Counted from the first letter of the stretch, positions 1 to 9,909 are shown. The stretch: 49,300 nt of DNA from Candidatus Zambryskibacteria bacterium RIFCSPHIGHO2_01_FULL_46_25 (GCA_001825155.1 MHVH01000006.1:70939-120238); one strand, 5' to 3'. The notes: generated by a model not told the origin, from the sequence alone. A program made the numbers and translations.

Positions 1-1
1 C

Positions 2-2533
2 AGTAATACCGGCGATGGCTCCATTGCCGTTGACCCTGGAACTGTTTTAGATTTTACAGTTTATACCTTTGCTGAACCAAGTTCTCCGAATGGAATTATT
101 TATCCTTATCAGAACCAGCAGTTATACCCTGGTCCCAATCACAATGGACGGTATTACCCAGCAACCGATGCAATTACCAGCAATACCAACGTCAATGTTT
201 GGGTTAGCCAGAATTGCGCGCCAAATACCATTGATAATGTGTATTATGTTCAACCCGAGGCTTCCTTGGACGTTTTGATCAATTTGAATCAACCGGCCAC
301 CATAAATGTCACATCCAACATCTCCACCACTTGGTCTATTACCGGACAACAGAACTTCGGCCCCACTACAGGCACTTCGGCGTCCTATTCCGGCTCCGCG
401 GGCAGTTACACCATTAGCGCGAGCGACAAAACCTGTTACAGCAAAGCCGTTTCTCCGTCTGCCACCCAGAGCGTCGGCGCGGGGAGCTCAATTACTTTCA
501 ACATCGCTTACACTTATAATTGCGAACCGCCTCCATCGCCCGCGACCATAAACGTTCAATCCAATATCTATACTTCCTGGACGATTGTTGGACCATCCAA
601 CTTCTCCGGTAGCGGCACAAGCGCAAGTTACAGCGGCCCCGCCGGCAGTTACACTATTACCGCCGACAACCTCGCCAATTACACCAAGAGCGTTACTCCT
701 TCCGTGAGTCAAAGCGTTAGCGCCGACGGGGCTATTACCTTTACCATCACTTATGTCTCCAGCGCTTCTCCACCGGTTTCTTGCAGTCCTGCTTCTCAGA
801 CGGTGAATAAAAACGCGACGGCCAGCATCTCGGGAGTGGGTGGCTCGGGTTCTTTCTCCTGGTCGGCATCGGGCGGCAGTCCTTCCTCCGGCTCGGGTAG
901 CAGCTTCTCCGTTTCGTATAGCACGACCGGCACCAAGACAGTAACCGTTACCAGTGGTGGCGTTTCCGCCAATTGTTACGTGGAGGTATCGCCCGGACAA
1001 CCTCAAGAGCCACAAGCGCCGACATGCACCAGTTCCGCGCCGCAAAGCGCCGTTACCAGCGACACTTCCGGCACTTTCTACCTGTATGCTTACGGAGTAG
1101 AAAACGCCACTTCCGTTTATTTCCCAACCTGGTCCAATGTTAACGGTCAGGATGACATTGTGTGGTATCCGGGCACCTTCATCGGCAATAATACATGGCG
1201 GGGGGGCGTCAATCTCGCTTCTCACCGCAGTGGCAATCCGGATTACGGTCTTTTCAACGGTCACGTCTACATGAATAATGAGACTTACGCTAATACATAC
1301 TGCGGCGCGGCTTACTTTACCAGAGAGACGTCGGGCGCTACCGCGCCAATCGGGTATCTCGACGCGGCTAATTGCTCCATTATCGGCGGTTGGACATTCG
1401 ACTCAGACACCCCAAACAGCGAGATACAAGTGGATATTTACTATGACGGACCGGCAGACAGTGGCACCTTCCTCACCAACATGTCCACGTCAGGCTTGCG
1501 TCCGGACGTCAACGCGGCCTTTGGTATCTCCGGCAATCACGGATTCACCTTAAGCACATACAGTTATCCCGAGCTTATCGACAATGACCCGCACACCATA
1601 TATGCCTACGGCATCAATAACAACGGTACGGGTCCGCACACACTACTTACCAACTCCGGCACCTCTGGCACTACGGTGCAATGCGCTCCGTCCGCGCCTT
1701 CCGCCGATATCAAAGCGGGCGGACTGGACGCCATAACAATAGGATATGGCACGGGCACGACAATCAGCTGGGGTTCGGAAAATGTCTCAGACTGTACGGT
1801 AACTCCCGGCGGCTGGACAGGCACTTCGGGCAGTCAGCCGAGCGGCAATCTGTTTTCACCCGTTACGTATTCTTTGAACTGCACCGGACAATGGGGGACG
1901 GCGTCAGATAGCGTGGTCGTGAGCATCTCATCATCCTTCAACTACAGTCTTTCAAATTCCGGCAACTTGAGCGTGACCAAAGCGGGTGGCGATGTCTACG
2001 CTCAGAACACGATTACCAAGACCCTCATTTCCGGCACGACACAGCCCGTAACTCTCTCCCTCTCTGGCGTACCCTCTGGCACCTCTTACTCCATATCGAA
2101 CAGCTCATGCTCTCCAACTTGCTCCCCCTCCCCGGTAATCACCTTCACTATTACTCCTTCTACTCCGGCGGGCACGCATCCTATTATCGTAACGGGCTCT
2201 CCTCTCGGTAAGACCACGAGCTTCAACCTCATTGTTTACGCTAATCCGGTTGGTAACGTCTCCTGCGTGGCTTCACCGCAACCGGTGCTTCTGGGTCAGA
2301 CCGTAACTTGGACAGCGAGCGTCTCCGGTGGCACTCCGCCATACACTTATTCCTGGAGCGGCACCAATATTCCCACCTCTCCGGCGCCTACTTCCAATCC
2401 TTACACCAAGATTTACAGCACCATAGGACAGAAGAGCGCCCAAGCTACCGTCCGCGACAGCGACGGCCTCCAATCCACTTGCCCGGTAGGGACAGTTCAG
2501 GTCAATTTCAATCCCGAGTTTGAGGAGTTTTGA
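2..2533 (+). CDS. Large Ser/Thr/Gly/Pro-rich cell-surface protein, 5'-partial, with tandem beta-rich repeats, a GBS Bsp-like repeat and PKD/Ig-like C-terminal domains
   Basis: The frame of ORF 239..2533 is open back to base 2. Two copies of PATINVxSNIxTxWxIxG...SASYSGxAGSYTIxA; VYFPTWSNVNGQDDIVWY resembles the Bsp-like repeat; VTWTASVSGGTPPYTYSWSG is PKD-like. Confidence 0.75.
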   Translation, partial: SNTGDGSIAVDPGTVLDFTVYTFAEPSSPNGIIYPYQNQQLYPGPNHNGRYYPATDAITSNTNVNVWVSQNCAPNTIDNVYYVQPEASLDVLINLNQPATINVTSNISTTWSITGQQNFGPTTGTSASYSGSAGSYTISASDKTCYSKAVSPSATQSVGAGSSITFNIAYTYNCEPPPSPATINVQSNIYTSWTIVGPSNFSGSGTSASYSGPAGSYTITADNLANYTKSVTPSVSQSVSADGAITFTITYVSSASPPVSCSPASQTVNKNATASISGVGGSGSFSWSASGGSPSSGSGSSFSVSYSTTGTKTVTVTSGGVSANCYVEVSPGQPQEPQAPTCTSSAPQSAVTSDTSGTFYLYAYGVENATSVYFPTWSNVNGQDDIVWYPGTFIGNNTWRGGVNLASHRSGNPDYGLFNGHVYMNNETYANTYCGAAYFTRETSGATAPIGYLDAANCSIIGGWTFDSDTPNSEIQVDIYYDGPADSGTFLTNMSTSGLRPDVNAAFGISGNHGFTLSTYSYPELIDNDPHTIYAYGINNNGTGPHTLLTNSGTSGTTVQCAPSAPSADIKAGGLDAITIGYGTGTTISWGSENVSDCTVTPGGWTGTSGSQPSGNLFSPVTYSLNCTGQWGTASDSVVVSISSSFNYSLSNSGNLSVTKAGGDVYAQNTITKTLISGTTQPVTLSLSGVPSGTSYSISNSSCSPTCSPSPVITFTITPSTPAGTHPIIVTGSPLGKTTSFNLIVYANPVGNVSCVASPQPVLLGQTVTWTASVSGGTPPYTYSWSGTNIPTSPAPTSNPYTKIYSTIGQKSAQATVRDSDGLQSTCPVGTVQVNFNPEFEEF

Positions 2534-2598
2534 TTTCAGCAAAAGGCGAAATAAATTGTTTTATTTGATGGTTTGAGGCATCATATTGAGCAAGAATA

Positions 2599-3480
2599 AT
2601 GGCTCAACACAAAGAAAATAATGCACTCCAAACCGTGTTAAATGATCGTTTCGGCGAAGAAATTTCCAGACTTCTGCAGGGAGTCATCCCGTTGTCGAAA
2701 CATTTCGATAAGCTCAAATATGAAATACCTTACATTCTCCAACTAAAATCAGATAAACAAAAGTTTATCTACTTTGGAATGGATCATTCGAAAGAGCCTA
2801 GTCTCGAAGAGCTCAATATGATGGAGAATCTTTTTGAAGAATTCATCAGCAATTCAAATAAAAATGGTTCGGTACTTGCCTTGGAATTTTTGAAAAAATA
2901 TGAGGCAGATAAAACTGGAGAAGATAAAGAGATGCGTGGACAAAAAAAAATTTTAAACTTAGCAAAAAATAGTGGCATGGAAGTCATATGCCCGGAAATG
3001 CACGGTGATGATATAAGCTCGGCTGTATTAAAAAGCAAGAAATTCACGCCAGTGCAAGTAGCTTCATGGATTTTCATTAACTCCCTTTGGGGAATCTTGC
3101 TGGCGGGAATCAGTAAGGATGCTATTCAGAAGGTCGAGGCCTTACTAAGTCAACTGAAGGAAGATTTCGACATAATTTCCATAGACGAAATAAATCAAGA
3201 ACTTTCACGGTCAACCGATCTGAATATCCGAATACCTATGAAAGCAGGCCAAATAGAATTGGAAGATATTAATAAAGAAATATTACGCAAAGCGCAAAGT
3301 CCGTTTCAAAATCATGGGAGGATGAATGAAATAGGCGTTGAAATGAATTATGTAAGGGAATTATTCATCACGGCGAATATATTAAAAGTCTTGTTGGAGG
3401 GGAAAAACCTTTTTGCCGTTTACGGGGCGAATCACGTTGTTTCTCAAGAGCCAGTATTTAGGAGATATTTTAGCAAATAA
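2599..3480 (+). CDS. Hypothetical protein, AT-rich
   Basis: 293-aa ORF; the C-terminal FAVYGANHV is only weakly reminiscent of TraB/GumN-type motifs. Confidence 0.6.
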   Translation: MAQHKENNALQTVLNDRFGEEISRLLQGVIPLSKHFDKLKYEIPYILQLKSDKQKFIYFGMDHSKEPSLEELNMMENLFEEFISNSNKNGSVLALEFLKKYEADKTGEDKEMRGQKKILNLAKNSGMEVICPEMHGDDISSAVLKSKKFTPVQVASWIFINSLWGILLAGISKDAIQKVEALLSQLKEDFDIISIDEINQELSRSTDLNIRIPMKAGQIELEDINKEILRKAQSPFQNHGRMNEIGVEMNYVRELFITANILKVLLEGKNLFAVYGANHVVSQEPVFRRYFSK

Positions 3481-3484
3481 TAAA

Positions 3485-3512
3485 AGCGGTCACCTGTCCG
3501 TAGGTGACCGCT
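3485..3512 (-). terminator. Intrinsic terminator downstream of the graspetide precursor
   Basis: AGCGGTCACCT/AGGTGACCGCT 11-bp inverted repeat followed on the minus strand by TTTATTATTT. Confidence 0.75.
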
Positions 3513-3534
3513 GACGACGGCGAGGCTCTGTAAC

Positions 3535-3708
3535 CTAGTCGTCGTCCGAAGTGTACTCAGTCTTGCTGGTCCACGTGATGGTGTCGCGCGACCGGACACC
3601 CTCTTCGAACACCAAGTTCTGCGGGACCTCCCGCGCGAGGCTGAGCGGAAGAGGAAGTTCAAGGGTTTCCGTAGCATTCTGGACCTGTGTCGACGCCTGG
3701 TTCTGCAT
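3535..3708 (-). CDS. Putative graspetide (ATP-grasp RiPP) precursor peptide, 57 aa
   Basis: ATG at 3708 preceded by AGGAGAAAAGGAGAGG. Sequence MQNQASTQVQNATETLELPLPLSLAREVPQNLVFEEGVRSRDTITWTSKTEYTSDDD, with a C-terminal core rich in Thr/Ser/Lys and Glu/Asp. Directly downstream of the ATP-grasp gene. Confidence 0.75.
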   Translation of the reverse strand: MQNQASTQVQNATETLELPLPLSLAREVPQNLVFEEGVRSRDTITWTSKTEYTSDDD

Positions 3709-3755
3709 CTTGGACCTCTCCTTTTCTCCTGGTGTACTGGGGAACGAATTACTTT

Positions 3756-4760
3756 TTAGCATTTTTCCACCCATTCTGCAAGGTACCTCGCGAATGCCAT
3801 GGAAATTGAAATGCCAGTCGCTTCCTCCAACCAGCCCCACTGACCATTAGGATTATCTTCCAGGAAAATAATCCTATCGTCCTTAGCCACGATAAGGTCT
3901 ATTGCACTGAAGGCAAGGCCGAAGCTTTTCGTGTAAGCGACAAGTGCATCGTTTACTTTTCGACCTAAATCGATACCCTCGTGTCTGAGTTTTTCTCCAA
4001 ATATCGCCGCTGTTCTAAAATCTGTTTTGCCCCTTTCAGTTTCCTGAGAGTGGATGGCAAATGAGAACACTTCGTTTCCTACTACTATCGACCTCACGTC
4101 GTACTTCTTCTCGATATGGTTCTGAAGAAGCAGGGGAGCCACTTTAGTGCACTGCATACTGTCGATATTTATCAGTCCCTTCGGAATTACCGAAGTATGC
4201 AGCAGTAAGCGTCGTCCATCCTTGAGTGTTACCAAACCTTTTCTGATTTTCTTCAGAATGAACAACATGTTCTGCTCACCGACTGTGCAGAAATCAAGGG
4301 CTGATTCTGGTTGGTTTGTCAGACAAGTTCTCGGGACCTCGAACCCCATTTCTGAAGCGCGTCTCATCTGGACTAGTTTGTTGAACTTTATCCTCTCATT
4401 ATTCTCAAACGGGTTTACGATCGGGGCGTCTATTAGAGTAAAAGAGTTGTAGAGCGCATACCTAGTTTCCTGCAGCGCCCAATCGCGAATTTCTGGATCA
4501 GCGAATGTTTCCTGCAGGCTAGGGTCCTTCACTCTTCTATTCCAGACAACCCCGACGTCGACAAAATCGAGGTCCCCATCGGGGAAGTGGTAGTGACCTT
4601 GTAACTTCCCTCGACTGTCCATATATATAGACAGTGTGATTGTTTTTTGGAACTGGTCAGTGTTGAATCTCTTGTGGCTGACCCCCATGTTTTTTAGGTG
4701 TCGGATAACCATACCCGCGGTGTCGTCTTCTGAATGGGTAAGAATCAATATAGTCGACAT
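3756..4760 (-). CDS. ATP-grasp peptide ligase, MvdC/MvdD (graspetide synthetase)-like
   Basis: Motifs ILILTHSEDDTA, VWNRR, NKLVQMRRASEMGFEVPRTCLTN, QNHIEKKYDVRSIVVG, FSAIDLI, FLEDNPNGQWGWLE; strong SD GAGGAGG. Confidence 0.9.
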   Translation of the reverse strand: MSTILILTHSEDDTAGMVIRHLKNMGVSHKRFNTDQFQKTITLSIYMDSRGKLQGHYHFPDGDLDFVDVGVVWNRRVKDPSLQETFADPEIRDWALQETRYALYNSFTLIDAPIVNPFENNERIKFNKLVQMRRASEMGFEVPRTCLTNQPESALDFCTVGEQNMLFILKKIRKGLVTLKDGRRLLLHTSVIPKGLINIDSMQCTKVAPLLLQNHIEKKYDVRSIVVGNEVFSFAIHSQETERGKTDFRTAAIFGEKLRHEGIDLGRKVNDALVAYTKSFGLAFSAIDLIVAKDDRIIFLEDNPNGQWGWLEEATGISISMAFARYLAEWVEKC

Positions 4761-4955
4761 TTGATACCTCCTCTTTCAATTTTCAATGATCTTTTTGGCT
4801 TGGGCCGTCTCGATGCATAATACATAAAATATGTAGTCTTGTCAATAAATCGTAAATATTTCCAGGTACAGTCCAGGTCATCTTCGACCCGCAGTTTGAA
4901 GAGTTCTAGAATCCGTAAGATTGACATATATACTTCGTTTATATACTATATAACT

Positions 4956-5192
4956 ATGGTAGAACAAGTAATATTCAAAATTGACAAGAAACTCAAGGAT
5001 CAGGCGATGAAGAAAGCCAAGCGCGACGGGCTTTCTTTTTCAGCTGTCCTTAAGCGTGCCACTCAAGCATATGTAGAAGATCAGTTTGAGATTGGCCTAG
5101 TTTATAATCCCAAACTTATTAGAGCTGTGCGACGCGCGGAAAGGGAGCCAACCATTAGAGGAAATTTGCGCAAGCTTCTTAAAGCACAATAA
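4956..5192 (+). CDS. RelB/DinJ-like ribbon-helix-helix antitoxin
   Basis: VIFKIDKKLKDQAMKKAKRDGLSFSAVLK fits an RHH pattern; TTGACA(4921)-17-TACTAT just upstream of ATG 4956; followed by a toxin remnant. Confidence 0.65.
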   Translation: MVEQVIFKIDKKLKDQAMKKAKRDGLSFSAVLKRATQAYVEDQFEIGLVYNPKLIRAVRRAEREPTIRGNLRKLLKAQ

Positions 5193-5197
5193 GCTTT

Positions 5198-5310
5198 ATG
5201 TATAGAATCTCTTTCAAGCCCTCTTTTATCAGACAGGTGAGGCATCTTGAAAAGAATCTTCTCGAAGAAGTTCTTGAAAAATAGGAGAACATGATATTTA
5301 TAAAAGGTGA
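5198..5310 (+). pseudogene. RelE/YafQ-type toxin remnant with internal deletion and frameshift
   Basis: MYRISFKPSFIRQVRHLEKNLLEEVLEK* (5198-5284) abuts, in the -1 frame, IGEHDIYKR* (5281-5310), which resembles the RelE-family C-terminal GxH motif; the middle is missing. Confidence 0.65.
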
Positions 5311-5345
5311 AAATGCCATTATCGATAATATTGTTCGTATTTTGC

Positions 5346-5374
5346 TTGACAGATAGAATTGAAAGTGCTATAAT
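5346..5374 (+). promoter_or_regulatory. Consensus sigma70 promoter
   Basis: TTGACA (5346) with 17-nt spacing to TATAAT (5369), plus extended -10 TG. Confidence 0.8.
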
Positions 5375-5457
5375 TAACATCAGATCGTGAATATACGGCT
5401 CATTTCAAGCAGAAATGGGGTATCTCACGAGTTTTATCTTTGACAGGAGCACAAGAA

Positions 5458-6351
5458 ATGAAGACTCCCCGATTCGTCGTGGTGTTGACCGTCCTGATGG
5501 TCATCGCCTTCGCAACGTCAGCATCGGCACAAGGCGCCTCACGCCCCGGAATGGTCATCAGTGGAAGTGGTGGCGGTGGTGGTGGTGGAACTTCTGTTCC
5601 TCCCATGCCGATCAAGCCGACTGGTCTCGAAGTGCAGGTCATGTCGTACTACGGGATGCCGATCAGTGGCGCGACCGTCACGATTTCCCTCGTCCACCAG
5701 GACGCAGGAACCGGCGAATGGTTCGCCGACCACAGCACATCGAAGAAGTTCGGCAAGTGCGAAGCCGCCAAGGTGGTGGACTGCATCCGTAAGGATGGCA
5801 GGGGTACCATCTCGAACCCATCTCTCCCGCCGTCTGACAACCCGTACGACTCTTGGCGGGTTCTCGACGTTCGCGCAGAAGCCAACGGCTTCGTCCACCA
5901 CCTGACCAGCGTGGTCTGGGTGGGTACGGACGGCGACATGATCGTCACAGCACCGACGATTTACATGTACGAGAGTGGCTTCGCTACAAGCGACGCCTAC
6001 GCCTGGTACACAAGCGACCGCATCATCGCGGTCGGGTTGTGGGCTCGTCAGAATTGGGACGAGAATGTCATCGTTGATTTCTCATTCAAGGGTAGCTCCT
6101 GGACGAAGGTCCAGGTTGACTACGGGACGACCTACTCCACTTCGGAGCAAGTCGGACCGAACGGCGTCTGGATCATCCAAGAATTCTGGGCACCGCAGAA
6201 TGCGACCGCCAGCTATGGTGGATCAGTCTGCGGAACAATTCAGGTTCGCTCGGCCTACGAGGCCGAGTCGGTCAAGGCGCAGACGAAAGAAGTCTGCGTC
6301 AAGCTCCGCCGGCCGAGTGTCGTCCCGGTGCCGGTGGGAAAGGGTTTCTAA
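5458..6351 (+). CDS. Secreted hypothetical protein (GC-rich)
   Basis: SD AGGAG then ATG 5458; signal peptide MKTPRFVVVLTVLMVIAFATSASA followed by a Gly-rich linker. Confidence 0.75.
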   Translation: MKTPRFVVVLTVLMVIAFATSASAQGASRPGMVISGSGGGGGGGTSVPPMPIKPTGLEVQVMSYYGMPISGATVTISLVHQDAGTGEWFADHSTSKKFGKCEAAKVVDCIRKDGRGTISNPSLPPSDNPYDSWRVLDVRAEANGFVHHLTSVVWVGTDGDMIVTAPTIYMYESGFATSDAYAWYTSDRIIAVGLWARQNWDENVIVDFSFKGSSWTKVQVDYGTTYSTSEQVGPNGVWIIQEFWAPQNATASYGGSVCGTIQVRSAYEAESVKAQTKEVCVKLRRPSVVPVPVGKGF

Positions 6352-6381
6352 CCCTCCGCCGACACCTCCTCGTCCTTTCGG

Positions 6382-6417
6382 AAGGCCAGCCCCTAACAGG
6401 ACTGGCCTTTTCTTTTT
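6382..6417 (+). terminator. Intrinsic terminator
   Basis: AAGGCCAG...CTGGCCTT stem followed by TTCTTTTT. Confidence 0.7.
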
Positions 6418-6431
6418 GCTATAATGAGCTA

Positions 6432-6473
6432 ATGTCAAAACCGATATTGGTGGCAAATTGGAAGAATCATCCT
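6432..6473 (+). pseudogene. Duplicated 5' fragment of tpiA
   Basis: Encodes MSKPILVANWKNHP versus MAKPILVANWKNHP at 11032; same TTTTGCTATAAT upstream; similarity is lost after codon 14. Confidence 0.85.
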
Positions 6474-6520
6474 GGTTTTGTTTGTAACCTTATTCATCTC
6501 CCACCACTAACAAACTTTTA

Positions 6521-7747
6521 ATGAATTTTGTTTTAGTAAAGAAAGATTTTGACAGTTTGCCTTATGAATTTGTGGAAAGAAAAGGCAAGGGCCACCCCGA
6601 CACCCTATCGGATGGACTTGCAGAGTATTTATCAGCACAATATTCTATGTATACAAAACAGAACTATGGGGCAGTGCTTCATCATAATTTTGACAAGGTA
6701 GGGTTATTGGGGGGTGCGTCAGATGTAAGATTTGGGGATGGTAAATTAACGAAGCCGATACGGGTACTTCTAAACGGTCGCGCCTCTACTAAATTTGGCA
6801 ATCATGATATTGATGTGAAAACACTTTTAATTGATTGGTCAAAGACCTTTCTTGCTAGTCAACTTCCTTTTAAAAATATTGAAAAAGAATTGGAATTTCA
6901 CTACAACTTAAGTACTCAAAGTAGTCCAGGTACAATTGGAGAAAAAGAAAACATACAAAAAAGCTCAAGGAAATATTGGTTTGAACCAAGAAATTTGGAT
7001 GACGTGCCAGAACTCAAGAGGCTTTTTGCAAACGATACTTCTATGGGAGTGGGTTTCGCACCGTATTCCTCACTAGAAAACCTAATATTCTCAATCGACC
7101 AGTCGTTAACTTGTGAACAGTTTATATCCATGAATCCTTGGATTGGAAGCGATATAAAAATAATGGGTTTTAGACATAAAAATGAATATAAAATAACAAT
7201 ATGTATTCCACAAATTGCAGACCAAGTTTCGTCAATTGAAATTTATAAGGAAAACATACACGCGGTGCAAAAGGAAATTTACACCATTTTCCAAAAATTA
7301 GGTATAGAGGAGTATGAATTAAATATAAATACCAGAGATAATTACGACAAATCAGAACTTTATTTAACAGCTATCGGATCATCTATTGAAAGTGGTGACG
7401 AGGGGCTTGTTGGACGTGGAAACCGAGTTCAAGGAATAATATCACCGATGCGCCCAATGAGTATGGAAGGAGCAGCGGGCAAAAATCCTGTCTATCATAT
7501 AGGCAAGATATATTATGTTGCTGCTCAAAAGATTAGCGAAGCTATTTATAAAAAATTTAACATACAAAACGAGGTTGTTCTGGTAAGTCAAAGCGGTCGT
7601 GGCTTGCTAGATCCCTGGATAGTTTTTGTTCATGTGCCAAATGACTTTCTTATGTCCGACGATCTCGAATATCTGGTAAAAAAAGAAATAAAAAATATAC
7701 CTCTTTTGACTGATGATCTTATAAAATTGAAAATTCCGATTTCTTAG
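6521..7747 (+). CDS. mat: Archaeal-type S-adenosylmethionine synthetase
   Basis: Motifs EFVERKGKGHPDTLSD, LHHNFDK, ANDTSMGVGFAP, GDEGLVGRGNR, MEGAAGKNPVYHIGKIY. Confidence 0.9.
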   Translation: MNFVLVKKDFDSLPYEFVERKGKGHPDTLSDGLAEYLSAQYSMYTKQNYGAVLHHNFDKVGLLGGASDVRFGDGKLTKPIRVLLNGRASTKFGNHDIDVKTLLIDWSKTFLASQLPFKNIEKELEFHYNLSTQSSPGTIGEKENIQKSSRKYWFEPRNLDDVPELKRLFANDTSMGVGFAPYSSLENLIFSIDQSLTCEQFISMNPWIGSDIKIMGFRHKNEYKITICIPQIADQVSSIEIYKENIHAVQKEIYTIFQKLGIEEYELNINTRDNYDKSELYLTAIGSSIESGDEGLVGRGNRVQGIISPMRPMSMEGAAGKNPVYHIGKIYYVAAQKISEAIYKKFNIQNEVVLVSQSGRGLLDPWIVFVHVPNDFLMSDDLEYLVKKEIKNIPLLTDDLIKLKIPIS

Positions 7748-7754
7748 CCACTCA

Positions 7755-8456
7755 ATGTCTAGTAATATTTATCTTTCTGGTGGAGGTTCTGTTAAGGACA
7801 GTTATCAACTAGATGACTTGTTTCTTAGGGCAGCTGGAGAGAAGATACTTTATTTACCAGTTGGATTGAAAAGAACTTTTACAGGATATGATGAGTGTGT
7901 GACCTGGTTTACAGATATGATTTCTTTGCATAATTTATCAAAACGAGTATCGGTTTGGATCGATATAAAAAATAAGTCACACGCATTAAACCGGAATAAT
8001 TTTGATGCCATATATATAGGAGGAGCCAGCGACACATCTCGATTGCACGACTTGTTGCAGAGAAATAATTTTTATCCACAATTTAAAATCTTTATAAAAG
8101 AAAAGGGTTTGATATATGGAGGTAGTGGAGGAGCATCAATTTTGGGTAAATCTATAAACTATGATCAAATTGAAAAATCATTGCCAAAAATCAATGAGAG
8201 TGCGGCAGATTTGTGTGGAAATTATTCTGTATTTGGTCATTTGGATGAAGAAAATAAAAATATAATCGAAGGGTTTTCGGAGGGGGATGTTATAGGGATT
8301 CCGGAAGGAGGAGGTTGCTTGTTAGATACTTTTCAACAACTCATAACATATATTGGTATTCCTGACGGCATGATAATTAATCAATTTGGCATCCGGATAT
8401 TGAAAAACATACAATCTATACAATATGGTACTATAGGAAATAATAATGAAAGTTAA
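7755..8456 (+). CDS. Peptidase S51 (dipeptidase E)-like, class I glutamine amidotransferase fold
   Basis: IYLSGGG, AIYIGG, nucleophile elbow YGGSGGASILG, later His and IGIPEG. Confidence 0.7.
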   Translation: MSSNIYLSGGGSVKDSYQLDDLFLRAAGEKILYLPVGLKRTFTGYDECVTWFTDMISLHNLSKRVSVWIDIKNKSHALNRNNFDAIYIGGASDTSRLHDLLQRNNFYPQFKIFIKEKGLIYGGSGGASILGKSINYDQIEKSLPKINESAADLCGNYSVFGHLDEENKNIIEGFSEGDVIGIPEGGGCLLDTFQQLITYIGIPDGMIINQFGIRILKNIQSIQYGTIGNNNES

Positions 8457-9909
8457 TGAAAAAATGGCAGCTGGAGAGGTTAAGATTACTCCTCGAGATG
8501 AGGACTATTCTCAGTGGTATTTGGATGTCATCTTCGGGGCAGATCTAGCTGAGTACGGGCCAACAAAAGGCTCTATGATTATTAAACCATCTGGGTATGC
8601 ATTATGGGAGAAAATCCAAAACTTTCTAGATAAAAGTTTCAAAGATATGTCTGTACAGAATGTTTATTTTCCAATGCTTATTCCAGAGAGGCTGTTAAAA
8701 AAAGAGGAGAATCACGTTGAAGGTTTTTCTCCAGAAGTTGCCGTAGTTACTTATGCTGGTGGAGAAAAGTTGGAAGAAGCATTAATTGTAAGACCCACTT
8801 CAGAAACAATAATGTACGAAACATTTTCAAGATGGATCCAGTCTCATCGCGATCTTCCGTTGCTCATCAATCAATGGGTCAATGTGGTTCGTTGGGAACT
8901 TCGTCCCCGTCTTTTCTTAAGAACAACGGAATTTCTTTGGCAAGAAGGTCATACTGCTCATTCAAACCATGAAGAAGCAGATTTATTTGCCAGAAAGATA
9001 CTCGATCTTTATGCTACATTTGCGAAAGATATTATGGCTATTCCAGTTATACTTGGTATTAAGACGGAAAATGAGAAGTTTGCCGGAGCTTCCAAAACTT
9101 ATTGCGTTGAGGCCATGATGCAAGATGGCAAAGCATTACAATTTGCCACTTCTCATAATCTTGGGCAAAATTTTGCTAAGGCTTTCAATATACAATTCAC
9201 AAACGAGAACAACCAGGGGTCTTTTGTTTGGCAGACGAGCTGGGGCTTGAGTACTCGAACTATTGGTGGCCTTATAATGGTACATAGTGATGATAAGGGT
9301 TTAGTGCTTCCACCCAATATTGCTCCAATAAAAATTGTTATAATTCCAATCTGGAACTCGGAAGAGAGTAAAAATCTTGTGTTAAAACATGCTCTAGGGT
9401 TGCATGATGAGTTAATTTCTGAGTACGGAAACACTGTCGTAATTATTGATGACAGGGATATGAGATCTGGGCAAAAGCATTATCAATGGGAGAAAAAAGG
9501 TATACCAGTTCGAATTGAAATCGGCCCCCGAGACATAAGTGGTGGTACTGTGGTTGCTGTGCGAAGAGATACTTCCAAAAAGATTGTTTTACCAGCTTTA
9601 GAATTGTCGCGGTCACTCAGAGAACTTTTTACTGATATACAAAACAGTCTTTATTCAAAAGCTCTTGCGCTAAGAGATCTAAAAACTGTTGATGTTGAGA
9701 ATTGGAATGATTTTCTTGAAAATATTGAAGCTGGAAATTTCATCCAAGCCTATTGGGATGGCTCATCCGAAACTGAAAAGAAAATTAAAGAAGAAACAAA
9801 GGCAACAATTCGTTGCATTCCGTTTACTCTTGAAAAGGTGCCAGAAGGAAAATGTATATATAGCGGTAACCCAACTGCTATAAAAGTAATTTTTGCTCGG
9901 AGTTACTAA
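8446..9909 (+). CDS. proS: Proline--tRNA ligase, archaeal/eukaryote-like type
   Basis: Motifs RPTSET, NQWVNVVRWE, FLRTTEFLWQEGHT, QFATSHNLGQNF, SWGLSTR; C-terminus IFARSY. Confidence 0.95.
   Translation: MKVNEKMAAGEVKITPRDEDYSQWYLDVIFGADLAEYGPTKGSMIIKPSGYALWEKIQNFLDKSFKDMSVQNVYFPMLIPERLLKKEENHVEGFSPEVAVVTYAGGEKLEEALIVRPTSETIMYETFSRWIQSHRDLPLLINQWVNVVRWELRPRLFLRTTEFLWQEGHTAHSNHEEADLFARKILDLYATFAKDIMAIPVILGIKTENEKFAGASKTYCVEAMMQDGKALQFATSHNLGQNFAKAFNIQFTNENNQGSFVWQTSWGLSTRTIGGLIMVHSDDKGLVLPPNIAPIKIVIIPIWNSEESKNLVLKHALGLHDELISEYGNTVVIIDDRDMRSGQKHYQWEKKGIPVRIEIGPRDISGGTVVAVRRDTSKKIVLPALELSRSLRELFTDIQNSLYSKALALRDLKTVDVENWNDFLENIEAGNFIQAYWDGSSETEKKIKEETKATIRCIPFTLEKVPEGKCIYSGNPTAIKVIFARSY

Noticed and set aside
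4745-4927. 60-aa minus-strand ORF upstream of the ATP-grasp gene as a second precursor
   Set aside because: No Thr/Ser plus Asp/Glu core, no SD, and it overlaps the divergent promoter region and the ligase start.
5563-5590. (GGT)n tract as a contingency repeat
   Set aside because: Imperfect in-frame triplet repeat encoding a Gly linker after a signal peptide; length change would not shift the frame.
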